53,391 nucleotides of DNA. Origin: an uncultured Gammaproteobacteria bacterium (lineage in GTDB: Bacteria; Myxococcota_A; UBA9160; SZUA-336). Shown here one piece after another: positions 53,238-53,391 of the stretch (position 1 is its first letter; each line of letters opens with the position of its first letter). Below the pieces are notes generated by a model. It was given only the letters and a program-made list of their open reading frames with translations. It did not search any database and was not told the DNA's origin. Location: the NCBI GenBank assembly GCA_964194645.1, contig CAXMNF010000049.1, positions 1 through 53,391 on the forward strand, given 5' to 3'. Both the position numbers and the translations under genes were made by a program.

Positions 53238-53391
53238 CGGCCTAACGGCGAGCGAAGCTCGCCTTGCCGCACGGAGAGCGACTGGCGTCGCTCTCCTACG
53301 GGAAAGGAGGCGGGGTTGGGCGCCTCCCCCCGTTCCCGGAGGAGAGCGACTCCTCCTGGAGTCGCTCTCCGTCGCGGCAAGGCGAGCTTCG
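53235..53391. repeat. Inverted doublet (REPIN-like) of the same REP-like element, starting at the apbC stop codon and running off the end of the window
   Basis: The left unit, in reverse orientation, reads TAGcggcctaacggcgagc-gaa-gctcgcc...ggagagcgac-tggc-gtcgctctccTAC. The right unit, in forward orientation, reads ccccccgttcccggaggagagcgactc-ctcctg-gagtcgctctccgtcgcggcaaggcgagcttcg. Confidence 0.88.

Noticed and set aside
1-53391. Genomic island, prophage or defence island.
   Set aside because: I saw no integrase, transposase, tRNA target, phage structural genes, toxin-antitoxin, restriction-modification or known defence-system domains. Apart from short intergenic AT-rich motifs the composition looks uniform. 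The EVE and ATL genes are isolated, not embedded in defence-like operons.

Overview
This is a 53.4-kb, very GC-rich bacterial chromosomal segment (roughly 68-70% GC by eye, not computed). It is densely coding, with about 50 protein genes and gaps mostly under 120 nt. I recognised no rRNA, tRNA, CRISPR array, transposase, integrase, phage or classical defence genes.

Gene content, left to right:
- pyrE and a PduO-type corrinoid adenosyltransferase (minus strand).
- A GH36 alpha-galactosidase and a small Cys-rich, metallothionein-like ORF.
- A tightly coupled string of an unknown protein, modABC and a fused trehalose-6-P synthase/phosphatase.
- A long minus-strand block: DUF6285, cstA, a histidine phosphatase, a complete Alternative Complex III operon (actABCDEF), a 1695-aa single-chain biotin carboxylase (BC-BCCP-CT), hisI and a monohaem cytochrome c lipoprotein.
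- Lipid and central-metabolism genes: FadR-like regulator, CCR-like MDR oxidoreductase, EVE-domain protein, acyl-CoA ligase, fbaB-rpiB, pyk, cysI-like sulfite reductase, two crotonases, an acyl-CoA dehydrogenase, an SDR and a TPP enzyme.
- Transporters (SNF, MFS), an alkyltransferase-like (ATL) DNA-damage sensor, a PEP-mutase family enzyme and an Mrp/ApbC Fe-S carrier.

The signals not explained by ordinary gene calls are these:
1. A REP-like element with two hairpins and a GTAG head occurs at three loci. It appears as an exact 83-bp tandem array, as a single copy and as an inverted doublet. It sits on gene stop codons and carries 12-nt periodic in-frame TAG units. The window begins and ends inside this repeat.
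2. Two genes seem to initiate at CTG in CTGA overlaps with the upstream stop codon.
3. TAGAAT-type -10 hexamers lie exactly 6 nt upstream of start codons, suggesting leaderless transcripts. One of them lies inside the 3' end of modC.
4. An unusually AT-rich, 27-bp-stem hairpin sits between convergent genes.

I did not find a convincing novel multi-gene system. The candidates listed are hypotheses from reading the sequence, not database results.
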